Shown here piece after piece: positions 1-10,202 of a stretch of 64,000 nt of DNA. Source of the stretch: an uncultured Clostridia bacterium (lineage in GTDB: Bacteria; Bacillota; Clostridia; TANB77; CAG-508). Where the stretch lies: assembly GCA_944393465.1 (NCBI GenBank), contig CALYAG010000008.1, positions 6,990 to 70,989 of the forward strand, written 5' to 3'. The position numbers and the translations under genes are program-made. A model generated the notes under the pieces. It did no database searches and was not told the DNA's origin. It saw only the letters and a program-made list of their open reading frames with translations. Within the stretch, counting starts at the first letter, position 1; every line of letters starts with the position of its first letter.

Positions 1-140
1 AAAGCGTAAGCTAGATATGGCTAAAAGTGTAAGCCAGATATATTGAAGCTTAAAATCAAATTAGTAAATTTTGAATTGTAACATAGCTAGTTCTATTTTT
101 ATTTCCTAATACATAGATATTATGTATTAGGAGGAATAGG

Positions 141-764
141 ATGAGAAACATAAAAAGAGTTATAGAGGAACATATAACTAGAAACATTAGAACGTATTTT
201 ATTCTAATAATAATATTTTTATTAGGATTAATTATTGGACTAATTGTAGTAAACAATTCCTCTGAAGGGCAAGAAACCGAAATGGCAAATTATATAAATA
301 ATTTTATAACAGAGCTTAAAAATGGTGCTAAATTAGACTATTTTAAGCTATTAAAAAATTCATTCGGAAACAATTTGTTCTTAGTAATTATTTTATGGTT
401 TATGAGTTCAACTGTAATAGGCATACCTATTGTATATGGAATAATAGGCTACAAGGGATTTTGCATGGGCTATACTATTTCTGCTGTAGTTATGACACTA
501 GGCACAGGAAAAGGCATAGCATTTTCGCTAACATCAATGCTAATACATAACATAATATTAATACCATGTATGTTAGCTGTGGCTGTAAGTGGAATAAATC
601 TATATAAATCAATAATAAAAGATAGAAGAAAAGAAAATATAAAAATAGAAATAATAAGGCATACAATATTTTGTCTTATAATGCTTGCAGTAATGGCAAT
701 TGGGGCGCTAATAGAAACGTACATAAGTAGTAATCTGCTTGTAGGTGTTGTAAATTATTTATAG
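141..764 (+). CDS. spoIIM: Stage II sporulation protein M (SpoIIM)
   Basis: 207-aa polytopic membrane protein with a SpoIIM-like layout. AGGAGG RBS lies just upstream. Adjacent to xerD as in many clostridia. Confidence 0.75.
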   Translation: MRNIKRVIEEHITRNIRTYFILIIIFLLGLIIGLIVVNNSSEGQETEMANYINNFITELKNGAKLDYFKLLKNSFGNNLFLVIILWFMSSTVIGIPIVYGIIGYKGFCMGYTISAVVMTLGTGKGIAFSLTSMLIHNIILIPCMLAVAVSGINLYKSIIKDRRKENIKIEIIRHTIFCLIMLAVMAIGALIETYISSNLLVGVVNYL

Positions 765-919
765 TTACAATCGAAAAAATCAACTGTGAATTGTAACCAC
801 ATAACAAAATTTAATTGTAAATTATTTAGAAAAACACTTTACTTTTACTCAATTTTTTGATATAACATAATAAGTTTAAGATAACAATACAAAAAATATA
901 TAAGAATAGGGGAGCAAAA

Positions 920-1801
920 ATGGATAAACAGATTAAACTTTTTTTAGAATTCTTACAAAATGATAAAAAATTGTCAGATAATACTCTACAATCTTACAGA
1001 AGAGATATTATGCAATTTAGAGACTATGTAATGAAGAATAATATCAATTATGCTAAAGCAAAAGAAGAAGATATAAAAGGTTACTTAAAAGAATTACAAA
1101 ATGAAGGCAAAAAAACTTCTACAGCTTCAAGAAGTTTGGCTTCAATACGTTCTTTTTATCAATTTTTACTTAGAACAAAAAAGGTTAAAAATGACCCTAC
1201 AGTTTCAATACAATCTCCTAAAATAGAGAAAAGAGTTCCATGTGTACTTACATCAGATGAGGTTGAGCTATTACTAGACCAACCAAAAGATGTTGACCTA
1301 AAAGGAACTAGAGATAAGGCAATGCTTGAATTTGCATATGCCACAGGTATGAAAGTAACTGAAATCATTGACTTAAACATTGATGATATTGATTTCAACG
1401 AAGACACAGTTACTTGCTCAAATGGCAAAAAATCTAGAACAATACCTCTTGGTGCACTTGCTGAAAAAGCATTAAAAGAATACATAGACAAGGCAAGACC
1501 AATTTTAATAAAAGATGAAAATAACAAAGCATTATTTGTTAATGTAAATGGTTCAAGACTTACAAGACAAGGCTTTTGGAAAATAGTTAAATACTACAAA
1601 GAACAAGCTCACATAGATAAGGATATTACACCACACGTTTTAAGACATTCATTTGCAACACATCTTTTACAAAACGGTGCAGACCTAAAATCTATTCAAG
1701 CAATGCTTGGACATTCAGACATATCTTCAACACAAGTATATGCACAGTTCCAAGATCCAGGAATAAAAGATATATACAAAAATGCTCATCCAAGAGCATA
1801 A
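920..1801 (+). CDS. xerD: Site-specific tyrosine recombinase XerD/XerC family
   Basis: N-terminal SAM-like domain. C-terminal catalytic motifs LRHSFATHLLQNGADL and GHSDISSTQVY. Confidence 0.8.
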   Translation: MDKQIKLFLEFLQNDKKLSDNTLQSYRRDIMQFRDYVMKNNINYAKAKEEDIKGYLKELQNEGKKTSTASRSLASIRSFYQFLLRTKKVKNDPTVSIQSPKIEKRVPCVLTSDEVELLLDQPKDVDLKGTRDKAMLEFAYATGMKVTEIIDLNIDDIDFNEDTVTCSNGKKSRTIPLGALAEKALKEYIDKARPILIKDENNKALFVNVNGSRLTRQGFWKIVKYYKEQAHIDKDITPHVLRHSFATHLLQNGADLKSIQAMLGHSDISSTQVYAQFQDPGIKDIYKNAHPRA

Positions 1802-1815
1802 TAATAATAAAATTA

Positions 1816-1838
1816 AAAGACCCAATCGGGTCTTTTTT
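1816..1838 (+). terminator. Intrinsic terminator after xerD
   Basis: Hairpin aagaccc-aatc-gggtctt followed by a T-run. Confidence 0.7.
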
Positions 1839-1950
1839 GCATTTTGCTCTTGACATATTCACATAATAATAATAAAATAATAAAGGAAGAATATATTTAT
1901 AAATTATATATATTTGAACATTGAAAATTTAATAGAAAGAGGTGTATGAT

Positions 1951-3492
1951 ATGGAAATTGCAATGTATATCATAGTCTTTCTAGTCTCAGCGGTGATTTT
2001 TTCATTTATAGGATATATAGTAAGAAAGAAATCAGCAGAGTCAAAAATTCAAAGTGCAGAAACAGAAGCACAAAGAATTTTAGATAATGCACAAAAAGAA
2101 GCCGAAAACGCTAAAAAAGAAGAAATTGTTAAAGCAAAAGAACAAATTCTTAACTCAAGAAATGAACTTGAAGAAGAGATTAGAGAGAGAAGAAGTGATA
2201 TTCAATTACAGGAAAAAAGATTATTGCAAAAAGAAGAAAATCTTGAAAAGAAACTTTATTCAGCAGAACAAAGAGAAAAACAATTAAATAAGAGAGAAGA
2301 CGAAATTGAAAAGGATAGGGATGAAGTTCAAAAACTTAAAGACTCACAATTAGATGAGTTAGAGAGAATAGCAAGATTATCGGTTGACGAAGCCAAAAAA
2401 CAATTATTAGCTAAAGTTGATGAAAAGCTTACAACTGAAAAAGTTGAAAGAATCAAAAAAATGGAGGAGGAAATCAAAGAAAAGTCTGATGAAACAGCCA
2501 AAAACATTATAACATATGCTATACAAAAATGTGCTGCAGACCACACTTCAGAATCAACTGTATCAATAGTTGCTCTTCCAAATGATGATATGAAAGGTAG
2601 AATAATTGGTAGAGAAGGTAGAAATATAAAAGCTTTAGAAACTCTGACTGGGGTAGATTTCATAATAGATGATACACCTGAAGCTGTTGTTATTTCAGGA
2701 TTTGACCCAATTAGAAGAGAGGTTGCTAAAATAGCACTTCAAAAACTAATTGATGATGGAAGAATTCATCCAGCAAAAATAGAAGAAATGGTTGAAAAGG
2801 CAAAAGAAGAAGTTGCAAAAACCATTAAAGAAGAAGGCGAAAGAGCCGCTATGGAAACTGGTGTAATGAATTTACATCCTGATTTAATAAAATTACTAGG
2901 AAAGCTTAAATATAGAACAAGCTATGGCCAAAATGTACTAAACCATTCTATAGAGGTTTCAAACCTTGCTAGAATTATGGCAGATGAGTTAGGACTAGAT
3001 ACAAAACTTGCTAGACGTGCAGGGCTTTTACATGATATAGGAAAAGCCTTAGACCATGATATGGAAGGTACACACGTTGAAATAGGTGTGGAAATTCTTA
3101 AGAAATACAAAGAAGATCCAAAGGTAATAAATGCCGTACAAGCTCATCATGGTGATGTAGAACCACAAACACCAGAAGCATATTTAGTACAAGCAGCGGA
3201 CGCTATATCAGCATCAAGACCTGGAGCAAGAAGAGAAACTCTAGATGCTTATATTAAGAGATTGGAACAACTTGAATCAATTGCAGATTCATTTGATGGA
3301 GTTGAAAAATCTTATGCTATACAAGCAGGTAGAGAAATACGTATAATAGTTAAACCTGAAAAGGTTTCAGATGATGAAATGACTATTATGGCTCGTAAAA
3401 TTGCAGAAAAGGTTGAAAATGAAATGGAATACCCAGGACAAATAAAAATCAATATGATTAGAGAAAAACGAGTAATTGATTATGCAAAATAA
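1951..3492 (+). CDS. rny: Ribonuclease Y
   Basis: N-terminal TM helix, long coiled-coil, KH domain ([15 protein letters not shown]) and HD domain (LLHDIGKA). ATG at 1951 is 9 nt after AAAGAGG; the track start 1942 is a GTG. Confidence 0.9.
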   Translation: MEIAMYIIVFLVSAVIFSFIGYIVRKKSAESKIQSAETEAQRILDNAQKEAENAKKEEIVKAKEQILNSRNELEEEIRERRSDIQLQEKRLLQKEENLEKKLYSAEQREKQLNKREDEIEKDRDEVQKLKDSQLDELERIARLSVDEAKKQLLAKVDEKLTTEKVERIKKMEEEIKEKSDETAKNIITYAIQKCAADHTSESTVSIVALPNDDMKGRIIGREGRNIKALETLTGVDFIIDDTPEAVVISGFDPIRREVAKIALQKLIDDGRIHPAKIEEMVEKAKEEVAKTIKEEGERAAMETGVMNLHPDLIKLLGKLKYRTSYGQNVLNHSIEVSNLARIMADELGLDTKLARRAGLLHDIGKALDHDMEGTHVEIGVEILKKYKEDPKVINAVQAHHGDVEPQTPEAYLVQAADAISASRPGARRETLDAYIKRLEQLESIADSFDGVEKSYAIQAGREIRIIVKPEKVSDDEMTIMARKIAEKVENEMEYPGQIKINMIREKRVIDYAK

Positions 3493-3497
3493 ACAAA

Positions 3498-3533
3498 AAG
3501 AAGTGCCTAATTTAATAGGTGCTTCTTTTTTTT
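3498..3533 (+). terminator. Intrinsic terminator after rny
   Basis: Hairpin aagaagtgcct / aggtgcttctt followed by T8. Confidence 0.7.
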
Positions 3534-3655
3534 GTCATTCATTTCAAAACTTATGTTGCTAAATATGAGAAATTAAAGAAAACTAAATAAATAGGTATTT
3601 TAGTTTCATATTTTGTCAATAATAAATATAAATTACATTTATTTAGTGAGGAAAT

Positions 3656-4288
3656 ATGAAAAAAATTGCTAGAAATCTTTTTAAACTTTTTTGGGTATTT
3701 GTTATTGGCTGTTTACTTGGATACATTATGGAAGTTATTTTTAATTTTGTAAGAACTGGTGAATTTGAAACAAGGCAAGGGCTTATATATGGCCCATTTG
3801 CACCAGTGTATGGTCTTGGAATGCTTGCGTTTTATTTAATTTTGCCACAGTTTAAAAAATTATGGCAAGTATTTTTAGTAAGTAGCATTTTAGGTGGAGT
3901 TACAGAATACTTATGTTCATATTTTCAAGAGAGATGGTTTCGAACAATTTCTTGGGATTATTCTGATCAACTCTTAAATTTTAATGGCAGAACAAGTATT
4001 TTGTATTGCATTATTTGGGGTGCTTTGGGAGTAGTTTTTATAAAGCTTGTTTATCCATATTTTGAAAAAATTTTTGACAAGGTATTATATAAAATAGGAA
4101 CAAAAGTAGTAACTGTATTTGCAGTAGTTTTTATGATATTTAATATTTCAATATCTTCTCTTGCAGCTCAAAGAGAATATGAAAGAAGAGAGCACATTGA
4201 AGCACAAAGTAGCATGGATGTCTTTTTAGATGAACACTTTCCCGATGAAATGTTAGATGAAATTTATAGAAATAGAAGGGACAAGTAA
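3656..4288 (+). CDS. Putative ABC-transporter type IV (CmpB-like, DUF1113) membrane protein
   Basis: Multi-TM protein with GLIYGPFAPVYGLG and WDYS..LNFNGRTS motifs typical of this family. Confidence 0.6.
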   Translation: MKKIARNLFKLFWVFVIGCLLGYIMEVIFNFVRTGEFETRQGLIYGPFAPVYGLGMLAFYLILPQFKKLWQVFLVSSILGGVTEYLCSYFQERWFRTISWDYSDQLLNFNGRTSILYCIIWGALGVVFIKLVYPYFEKIFDKVLYKIGTKVVTVFAVVFMIFNISISSLAAQREYERREHIEAQSSMDVFLDEHFPDEMLDEIYRNRRDK

Positions 4289-4467
4289 AATTATGATTGC
4301 ATTAAAACATAAATTCTATCAAAGCTAATTGCAAATAGTAATTATGTAAAAATTAAGAAATTCTTAAAATACTTTATTTTTATACCACACTATTGTATAA
4401 TATTTAAGACATAAATTGTTGCAAATACTTAATTTATTAAGTAAAAATGTAGTAAAAAGAGGATAAT

Positions 4468-5217
4468 ATGAGTAGAAAAAATAAAGTAACAGTTTTTAAA
4501 ATAATAATGATAGTAGTAGTGCTAGCAATAATAATTGGAGCAATAGTATATTTATGGCCAATTTTTAGAAATATAAGTAGGCCTGAAGGTCAAATTGAAT
4601 TTAAGCAAAAAATAGAAGATTTGGGCTTTTTAGGTTTAATTATGCTATTTGGCCTTCAATTTGCACAAATATTTTTAATTATTATTCCCGGAGAACCAAT
4701 TGAAGTTCTAGCGGGTATGTGTTATGGAACAGTAGGTGGAACTTTATTTATAACAATTTCAGCTTGCATAATTACGACAATCATTTTTTTTGCTGTTAGA
4801 GCATTGGGCAGGAAATTTGTTTATAGTTTTTGCAAGGAAGAAAGTGTTAAAAAAATTGAAAATAGCAAATTATTTCAAAATCCTAAAAAGATGGAATGGA
4901 TAATGTTAATATTGTTTTTAATACCGGGTACGCCAAAAGATTTGCTTGTGTACATAGCAGGACTTTTGCCAATAAAGCCACTAAATTTTATATTAATATC
5001 TACATTCGCAAGATTTCCATCAGTTATTTCTTCTACAATAGCTGGCGAAAATTTGCTAAGTGGAAATTTAAAAATGTCAATTATTTCATATGTAGTTACA
5101 TTTATTATTGTAGGTATTGCAATTTTTATTGTAAATAAATTAGATAAGTCTAAAACCACAGAAGAAGCAATAAACTTTTTCATTGATGATAAATCAAAAG
5201 AAAAAAGCACAAAATAA
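4468..5217 (+). CDS. TVP38/TMEM64 (DedA-superfamily) membrane protein
   Basis: PGEPIEVLAGMCYG core motif and multiple TM helices. Confidence 0.7.
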   Translation: MSRKNKVTVFKIIMIVVVLAIIIGAIVYLWPIFRNISRPEGQIEFKQKIEDLGFLGLIMLFGLQFAQIFLIIIPGEPIEVLAGMCYGTVGGTLFITISACIITTIIFFAVRALGRKFVYSFCKEESVKKIENSKLFQNPKKMEWIMLILFLIPGTPKDLLVYIAGLLPIKPLNFILISTFARFPSVISSTIAGENLLSGNLKMSIISYVVTFIIVGIAIFIVNKLDKSKTTEEAINFFIDDKSKEKSTK

Positions 5218-5380
5218 TTTTGAATCAAACAAAATTATTAAATAACCTAATTTCTTAAATATAACGATTTAAAGATGAATAATAAGATGTTTTAATGGGC
5301 ATACTGTTATAAGCTATTTAATTTTAAAAATTAATTAAGCATTGAACATTAAGTATGTTTTAAGAAAGAAGGTAGAATCT

Positions 5381-5812
5381 ATGTGTGATGATTTAAACTT
5401 ATTATTATCAAATCTAAATGTGTTTTATAGAAAATTACAAAATTATCATTGGAATATTACAGGAGCAGATTTCTTTACAACTCATGAAAAATTAGAAGAA
5501 TATTATGATTGCATTAATGAACAAATTGATGAAGTTGCAGAAGTCATAGTGGCAAAAAATTGTCATGTTATGGCTACAATGAAAGAATATTTGGAAACAA
5601 GTCAAATAAAAGAAGCGGAAAGTAAACAAATTAAATCTTGCGATATATGGAATGTGATTTTGCAAGATTACAAAACACTTATAGAAAATTGCAAAAAAAT
5701 AAAGCAAGATGCTGAAAATGAAGGATGTCCAGTAACATCAAGTTTAATGGATGAATATTTAAAAGATTATCAAAAGAAGTGTTGGATGATTGCGCAAGTA
5801 GCTAATTGCTAG
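5381..5812 (+). CDS. dps: Dps-family DNA protection / ferritin-like protein
   Basis: LNVFYRKLQNYHWNITGADFFTTHEKLEEYY is the Dps signature. ATG 5381 has a GAAGG RBS; the track start 5342 is a TTG. Confidence 0.8.
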   Translation: MCDDLNLLLSNLNVFYRKLQNYHWNITGADFFTTHEKLEEYYDCINEQIDEVAEVIVAKNCHVMATMKEYLETSQIKEAESKQIKSCDIWNVILQDYKTLIENCKKIKQDAENEGCPVTSSLMDEYLKDYQKKCWMIAQVANC

Positions 5813-5840
5813 TTAAGAAAAAAGTTTCAAAAAACATTTG

Positions 5841-5874
5841 AAAGACCGGTCGACAAATTGACTGGTCTTTTATT
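5841..5874 (+). terminator. Intrinsic terminator after dps
   Basis: aaagaccggt / actggtcttt hairpin followed by a T-rich tract. Confidence 0.7.
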
Positions 5875-5882
5875 ATTGTGTT

Positions 5883-6040
5883 AAGCTAGTACTATGGAGA
5901 AAAGTTGAAAAATAATTGCGTTTTGGCGTCGTTTAACTGGGCTCTCAAAAGCCTTTAGCGGGCTTAAAAGCACGCCTCCGGTTTTCTTGCTTGTTCGCCT
6001 AGCCAAAAGCACAATTCTTTTCCAACTAGATTTTGAGCTT
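5883..6040 (+). ncRNA. Candidate structured ncRNA, 6S-RNA-like rod
   Basis: A GC-enriched 158-nt intergenic block folds as a long imperfect rod. 5904-5927 pairs with 6002-6026 and aagct 5883-5887 pairs with agctt 6036-6040, around a central open region with a small hairpin aagcc..ggctt. Strand and identity are unverified. Confidence 0.4.
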
Positions 6041-6057
6041 AGAAAGGAATTATTAAG

Positions 6058-7773
6058 ATGAAAGAAACTATTTTAAGACAGGCTACAAAGTTTGAGAACA
6101 TTAAAGAAATTATTTATAATTCAGTAAAAATGTATCCAAACCACGTAGCTTTTGTAACGAAAAAAATTAAAGAAAAGGGGGTAGAATATAAAAACACTAC
6201 ATACAAGAAAATGCTTGATGAAATAAATGCATTAGGCACTGCTTTATATAAGCTAGGACTAAAAGGAAAAAGAATCGCTATTTGTGGAAGAAATAGATAT
6301 GAATGGGCTATTTCACACTTATCTTGCTTACTTGGTGGAATGATTTCAGTTCCTTTAGATAAAGAACTTCAAGTAGAAGAATTAGAAGACTCACTTGTAA
6401 GAAGTAAGGCGGATGCAATAGTATTTGATGAAAAATATGAAGAAAAAATAAACACAATAAAAGAAAATGGAAAAACACAAATAAAAGTATTTATTTGTAT
6501 GAGCAAATTTAAAGATTTTATAAATATTCCAGATTTAATTGAAGAAGGAACTGAAATTATAAAATCAGGAAATAGAGAATATATAGATTGTGAAATTGAT
6601 TCGCATGCGATGAGTATTTTGCTTTTTACATCAGGAACAACATCAAAATCAAAAGCTGTAATGCTTTCTCAATATGGTATTGCAGTAAACGTATATGATA
6701 TGCAATTAGTTGAAGATATAAGAGACACAGATGTAAATATTGCATTTTTGCCATTTCACCATATTTTTGGCTCAACTTGTATGATAGTGATGCTTGCATG
6801 TGGTGTAAAAACTGTATTTACAGATGGTTTAAGATATATTCAAAAGAATTTAAAAGAATACAAGGTGACAGTATTCGTTGGAGTGCCTATATTAGTAGAC
6901 AAAATGTATGAAAATATTGAAAAAGAGATTGCAAAACAAAATAAAACTAAGCTTATAGAATTTGCAAAGGCTCTAAGTAATGTGTTACTTAAATTACACA
7001 TTGATGTAAGAAGAAAGTTATTTAAGCAAGTTATAGATGGCTTAGGTGGAGAAATGAGGTTCGTAATTTCAGGAGGAGCGCCATTAGACAAAAGAACAGA
7101 AAAAGGATTTAATGATTTAGGAATTAAAATGGTTCAAGGTTATGGCTTAACCGAAACATCACCAGTTATAGCTGCTGAAAACTTTAAACAAGTAAAATAT
7201 GGCTCTGTTGGAATACCTTTAAAAGATGTGCAAGTTGAAATTGTAAATAAAGATGACAAAGGTATAGGAGAAATTAGAGTTAAAGGTCCAAATGTAATGC
7301 TTGGATATTATGAAAATGAAGAAGCTACTAAAGAAGTATTAGAAGACGGATGGTTCTATACAGGTGACTTAGGGTATATTGATAAAAAGGGATTCTTATT
7401 TATTACTGGAAGACAAAAAGATATGATTGTTTTAAAAAATGGTAAAAAAGTATTCCCAGAAGAATTAGAAACACTTGTAAATAGAATTTATGAAGTAGAA
7501 GAAAGCTTTGTATTTGGTATGCCAGAAGCGGATGATAAATCAAAAATAAAGGTTGCAATTAAAGTAGTATATAATAAAGACAAAGTAAAAGAAAAATATG
7601 GAGATATCTCAAAAGATGATTTATACAAAAAAATATGGGCTCAAATTAAAGAGGTAAATAAAACATTACCACCTTACAAATATATCAAACATATGATTTT
7701 AACAGATAAACCTTTAATAAAAACTACAACTCAAAAAATTAAAAGAAAAGAAGAAATAAAAACAGTACTATAA
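6058..7773 (+). CDS. AMP-dependent synthetase / long-chain-fatty-acid-CoA ligase
   Basis: AMP-binding motifs LLFTSGTTSKSKAV and GYGLTETS, plus GDLGYIDKKGFLFITGRQKD. Confidence 0.8.
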   Translation: MKETILRQATKFENIKEIIYNSVKMYPNHVAFVTKKIKEKGVEYKNTTYKKMLDEINALGTALYKLGLKGKRIAICGRNRYEWAISHLSCLLGGMISVPLDKELQVEELEDSLVRSKADAIVFDEKYEEKINTIKENGKTQIKVFICMSKFKDFINIPDLIEEGTEIIKSGNREYIDCEIDSHAMSILLFTSGTTSKSKAVMLSQYGIAVNVYDMQLVEDIRDTDVNIAFLPFHHIFGSTCMIVMLACGVKTVFTDGLRYIQKNLKEYKVTVFVGVPILVDKMYENIEKEIAKQNKTKLIEFAKALSNVLLKLHIDVRRKLFKQVIDGLGGEMRFVISGGAPLDKRTEKGFNDLGIKMVQGYGLTETSPVIAAENFKQVKYGSVGIPLKDVQVEIVNKDDKGIGEIRVKGPNVMLGYYENEEATKEVLEDGWFYTGDLGYIDKKGFLFITGRQKDMIVLKNGKKVFPEELETLVNRIYEVEESFVFGMPEADDKSKIKVAIKVVYNKDKVKEKYGDISKDDLYKKIWAQIKEVNKTLPPYKYIKHMILTDKPLIKTTTQKIKRKEEIKTVL

Positions 7774-7830
7774 TTATTCATAAAATTTCCTTAGGCTGAA
7801 TAATATTTATCAGTTGAAGGAGATTTTTAT

Positions 7831-9120
7831 ATGAAGAAAAGATTTTTAAAATATTTTATAATGTGTACAGCAGTAATATTTTTTATGTCGCAAGCTGCAA
7901 ATGCATCAAGTTATGATGTGCCAGTTTGGTCGAGTCAAAATAATAAAATAAACGAAAACGCGTTAAATACAGATTCCGTAAATGTAAATACAGTTGCAAT
8001 GAGTGGTGAAACGCTAGACTCATCTGAGGCTGTTACAAACAATCCACTTAATTTGACTTGCGGAGGTGCTATATTAATTGAGCAAAATACAGGAAGAGTA
8101 CTTTACGACTATAATATGCACGAAAAGCTAAGACCAGCATCAGTAACAAAAGTAATGACAATACTTTTAATAATGGAGGCTCTAGATAGTGGGAGAATAT
8201 CTTTAACAGATAAAGTGCCTTGTAGTGAAAATGCAAGCAACATGGGAGGTTCGCAAATTTGGCTTGATACAACTGAAGAGCTTACTGTAGATGAAATGCT
8301 TAAAGCAATATGCGTGGTTTCAGCAAATGACTGTACTGTAGCAATGGCAGAGTACTTAGAGGGCTCAGAGCAAGCCTTTGTCGAAAAAATGAATCAAAGA
8401 GCAAAAGAACTTGGAATGAATGATACAACATTTAAGAATTGCCATGGTATAGATGAAGATGGACATCTTACATCACCATATGATATAGCAATAATGTCAA
8501 GAGAGCTTTTAAAAAATCATCCTCAAATTACAAATTATACAACAATATATATGAATAGCTTAAGAGGTGGAAAGTCGGAACTTGTTAATACAAATAAATT
8601 GGTAAGAAATTATGAAGGTTGTACTGGCTTAAAAACTGGATCAACAAGTGTAGCATTATTTAATTTATCTGCAAGTGCTACAAGAAATGGCTTATCTTTA
8701 ATTGCAGTAATAATGAAGGGGGAAACAAGCGCTATTAGATTTGCAGAGGCAAGGCAACTGCTAGATTATGGATTTAATAATTATCAGTATAAAGAATTAG
8801 GAAAAGCAAATGATGTTGTTGGAATAGCAAATATAGGAAAGGGCTTAAAAAGTAGCGTAGAGGCTGTATTGAGTAACGATGCAGGCGTTGCCATAAAAAA
8901 ATCAAATGATACAAACATAACACAAAATGTTGAAATATATAATAATATCTCTGCACCAGTAACTAAAGGGCAAAAAGTAGGGGAGTTAACATTTAATCTT
9001 GATGGAAATGAAATTGCAAAAGTTGATTTGATTGCAAATGAAGATGTTCCGAAATATAGCTTTTTTACAATGACTAAAAAAGTATTTGAAAATTGGTTTA
9101 CACTACTTAGAAATTACTGA
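7831..9120 (+). CDS. D-alanyl-D-alanine carboxypeptidase (S11, PBP5/DacB/DacF-like)
   Basis: Signal peptide, SxxK (SVTK), SxN (SAND) and KTG (KTGST) motifs, and a C-terminal PBP5 domain. Confidence 0.85.
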   Translation: MKKRFLKYFIMCTAVIFFMSQAANASSYDVPVWSSQNNKINENALNTDSVNVNTVAMSGETLDSSEAVTNNPLNLTCGGAILIEQNTGRVLYDYNMHEKLRPASVTKVMTILLIMEALDSGRISLTDKVPCSENASNMGGSQIWLDTTEELTVDEMLKAICVVSANDCTVAMAEYLEGSEQAFVEKMNQRAKELGMNDTTFKNCHGIDEDGHLTSPYDIAIMSRELLKNHPQITNYTTIYMNSLRGGKSELVNTNKLVRNYEGCTGLKTGSTSVALFNLSASATRNGLSLIAVIMKGETSAIRFAEARQLLDYGFNNYQYKELGKANDVVGIANIGKGLKSSVEAVLSNDAGVAIKKSNDTNITQNVEIYNNISAPVTKGQKVGELTFNLDGNEIAKVDLIANEDVPKYSFFTMTKKVFENWFTLLRNY

Positions 9121-9146
9121 AAATAAATGCTAACCATTGAGAATAG

Positions 9147-9200
9147 AAAAAACAATACTAGCTGGCACACGTTTTAATGTGTCTAGCTAGTATTGTTTTA
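9147..9200. terminator. Bidirectional terminator between the dac gene and the minus-strand orphan gene
   Basis: About 20-bp stem aaaacaatactagctggcac / gtgtctagctagtattgtttt flanked by A and T runs. Confidence 0.65.
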
Positions 9201-9213
9201 GAGAAAGTTTCTC

Positions 9214-9726
9214 TTAATGTGAAGCTTTACCGTGAAGGAAATCCTCCAACGGCAGGGTGTATTTTACTACCTTGAACCTAATTACATTGCCTTTAACTGG
9301 CTTAACAACAGAGAGACGGTCCACAGCCTCAAAGCTATTTGCGTCGAAAAGTTTTCTTCTTCTTGGAGCGTAAAAGAAAACTTTTTGGTATTTGCCATAT
9401 CTTTTTATCCAGACGATATTGTTCTGAATACATACCTCTTCTATTCCATAGCTTGTTAATGAATCTTGGAGATCATCGTTGAAGTATGTTTCTGTTTTGC
9501 ACTTAAGAAATCCTTGGCTATCAATTCTAAATTGAAAAGACAAGTCTTCACCAAAAACGTCACCATCGGTGTTTATATAGAAATATGACGGACGTTCCCA
9601 AATGGTTTTTCCACACGTAAGAAAAAAACATTTACGTGTGCCAAACCGTAAGTATGTTCCTTTGGTTGTAAGTAGCTTTTGCAAACTCCTAGAATTGTTT
9701 ACAGTTAAAAACTTCATATTTTTCAC
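9214..9726 (-). CDS. Hypothetical protein (orphan, higher-GC islet)
   Basis: 170-aa ORF with a minus-strand TTGTCA-17-TATAAT promoter at 9754-9782. Composition differs from the flanks. No family recognised. Confidence 0.55.
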   Translation of the reverse strand: MKNMKFLTVNNSRSLQKLLTTKGTYLRFGTRKCFFLTCGKTIWERPSYFYINTDGDVFGEDLSFQFRIDSQGFLKCKTETYFNDDLQDSLTSYGIEEVCIQNNIVWIKRYGKYQKVFFYAPRRRKLFDANSFEAVDRLSVVKPVKGNVIRFKVVKYTLPLEDFLHGKASH

Positions 9727-9910
9727 CCTTCTAAATTTTATAGTGCAATCTTAATTATACTACATTTTTAAAATTTTGACAAGTCATATGCTGCCAATTT
9801 ACATAACGATTTCAAATTTGCAATTTACATAATGATGTGATATAATATATGTGTAATCGTTTTTTTTACCAGTGCACACTTGTGCACCACACAAAAGAAG
9901 AGGTGTAACC

Positions 9911-10138
9911 ATGATAAAAGTAATGAACAAAATCGCTCTTATAATTTCCGCCATCTTTGTTCTGTTCAATATTCTAAGAGATATTGACTCAAATGTACCT
10001 CCCATTTTGGGGAATATGTCACTAACTTTGTTTGGTGGTTCAGTTAACCTAAACGGGTTGTTAATTACGGATATTATTTCGTTATTACTTATTATATTCG
10101 TAATTTACTGTATGTTTAGTGGGGATAGTGAGAAGTGA
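9911..10138 (+). CDS. Small membrane protein
   Basis: 75 aa with two hydrophobic helices. AGAGGTG RBS precedes ATG 9911 and a terminator follows. Confidence 0.4.
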   Translation: MIKVMNKIALIISAIFVLFNILRDIDSNVPPILGNMSLTLFGGSVNLNGLLITDIISLLLIIFVIYCMFSGDSEK

Positions 10139-10202
10139 AATTAAAAACAAGCATCTGAAAAATGGTGCTTGTTTTTTTGCAATATTTTTTAATTAATTTT
10201 CA

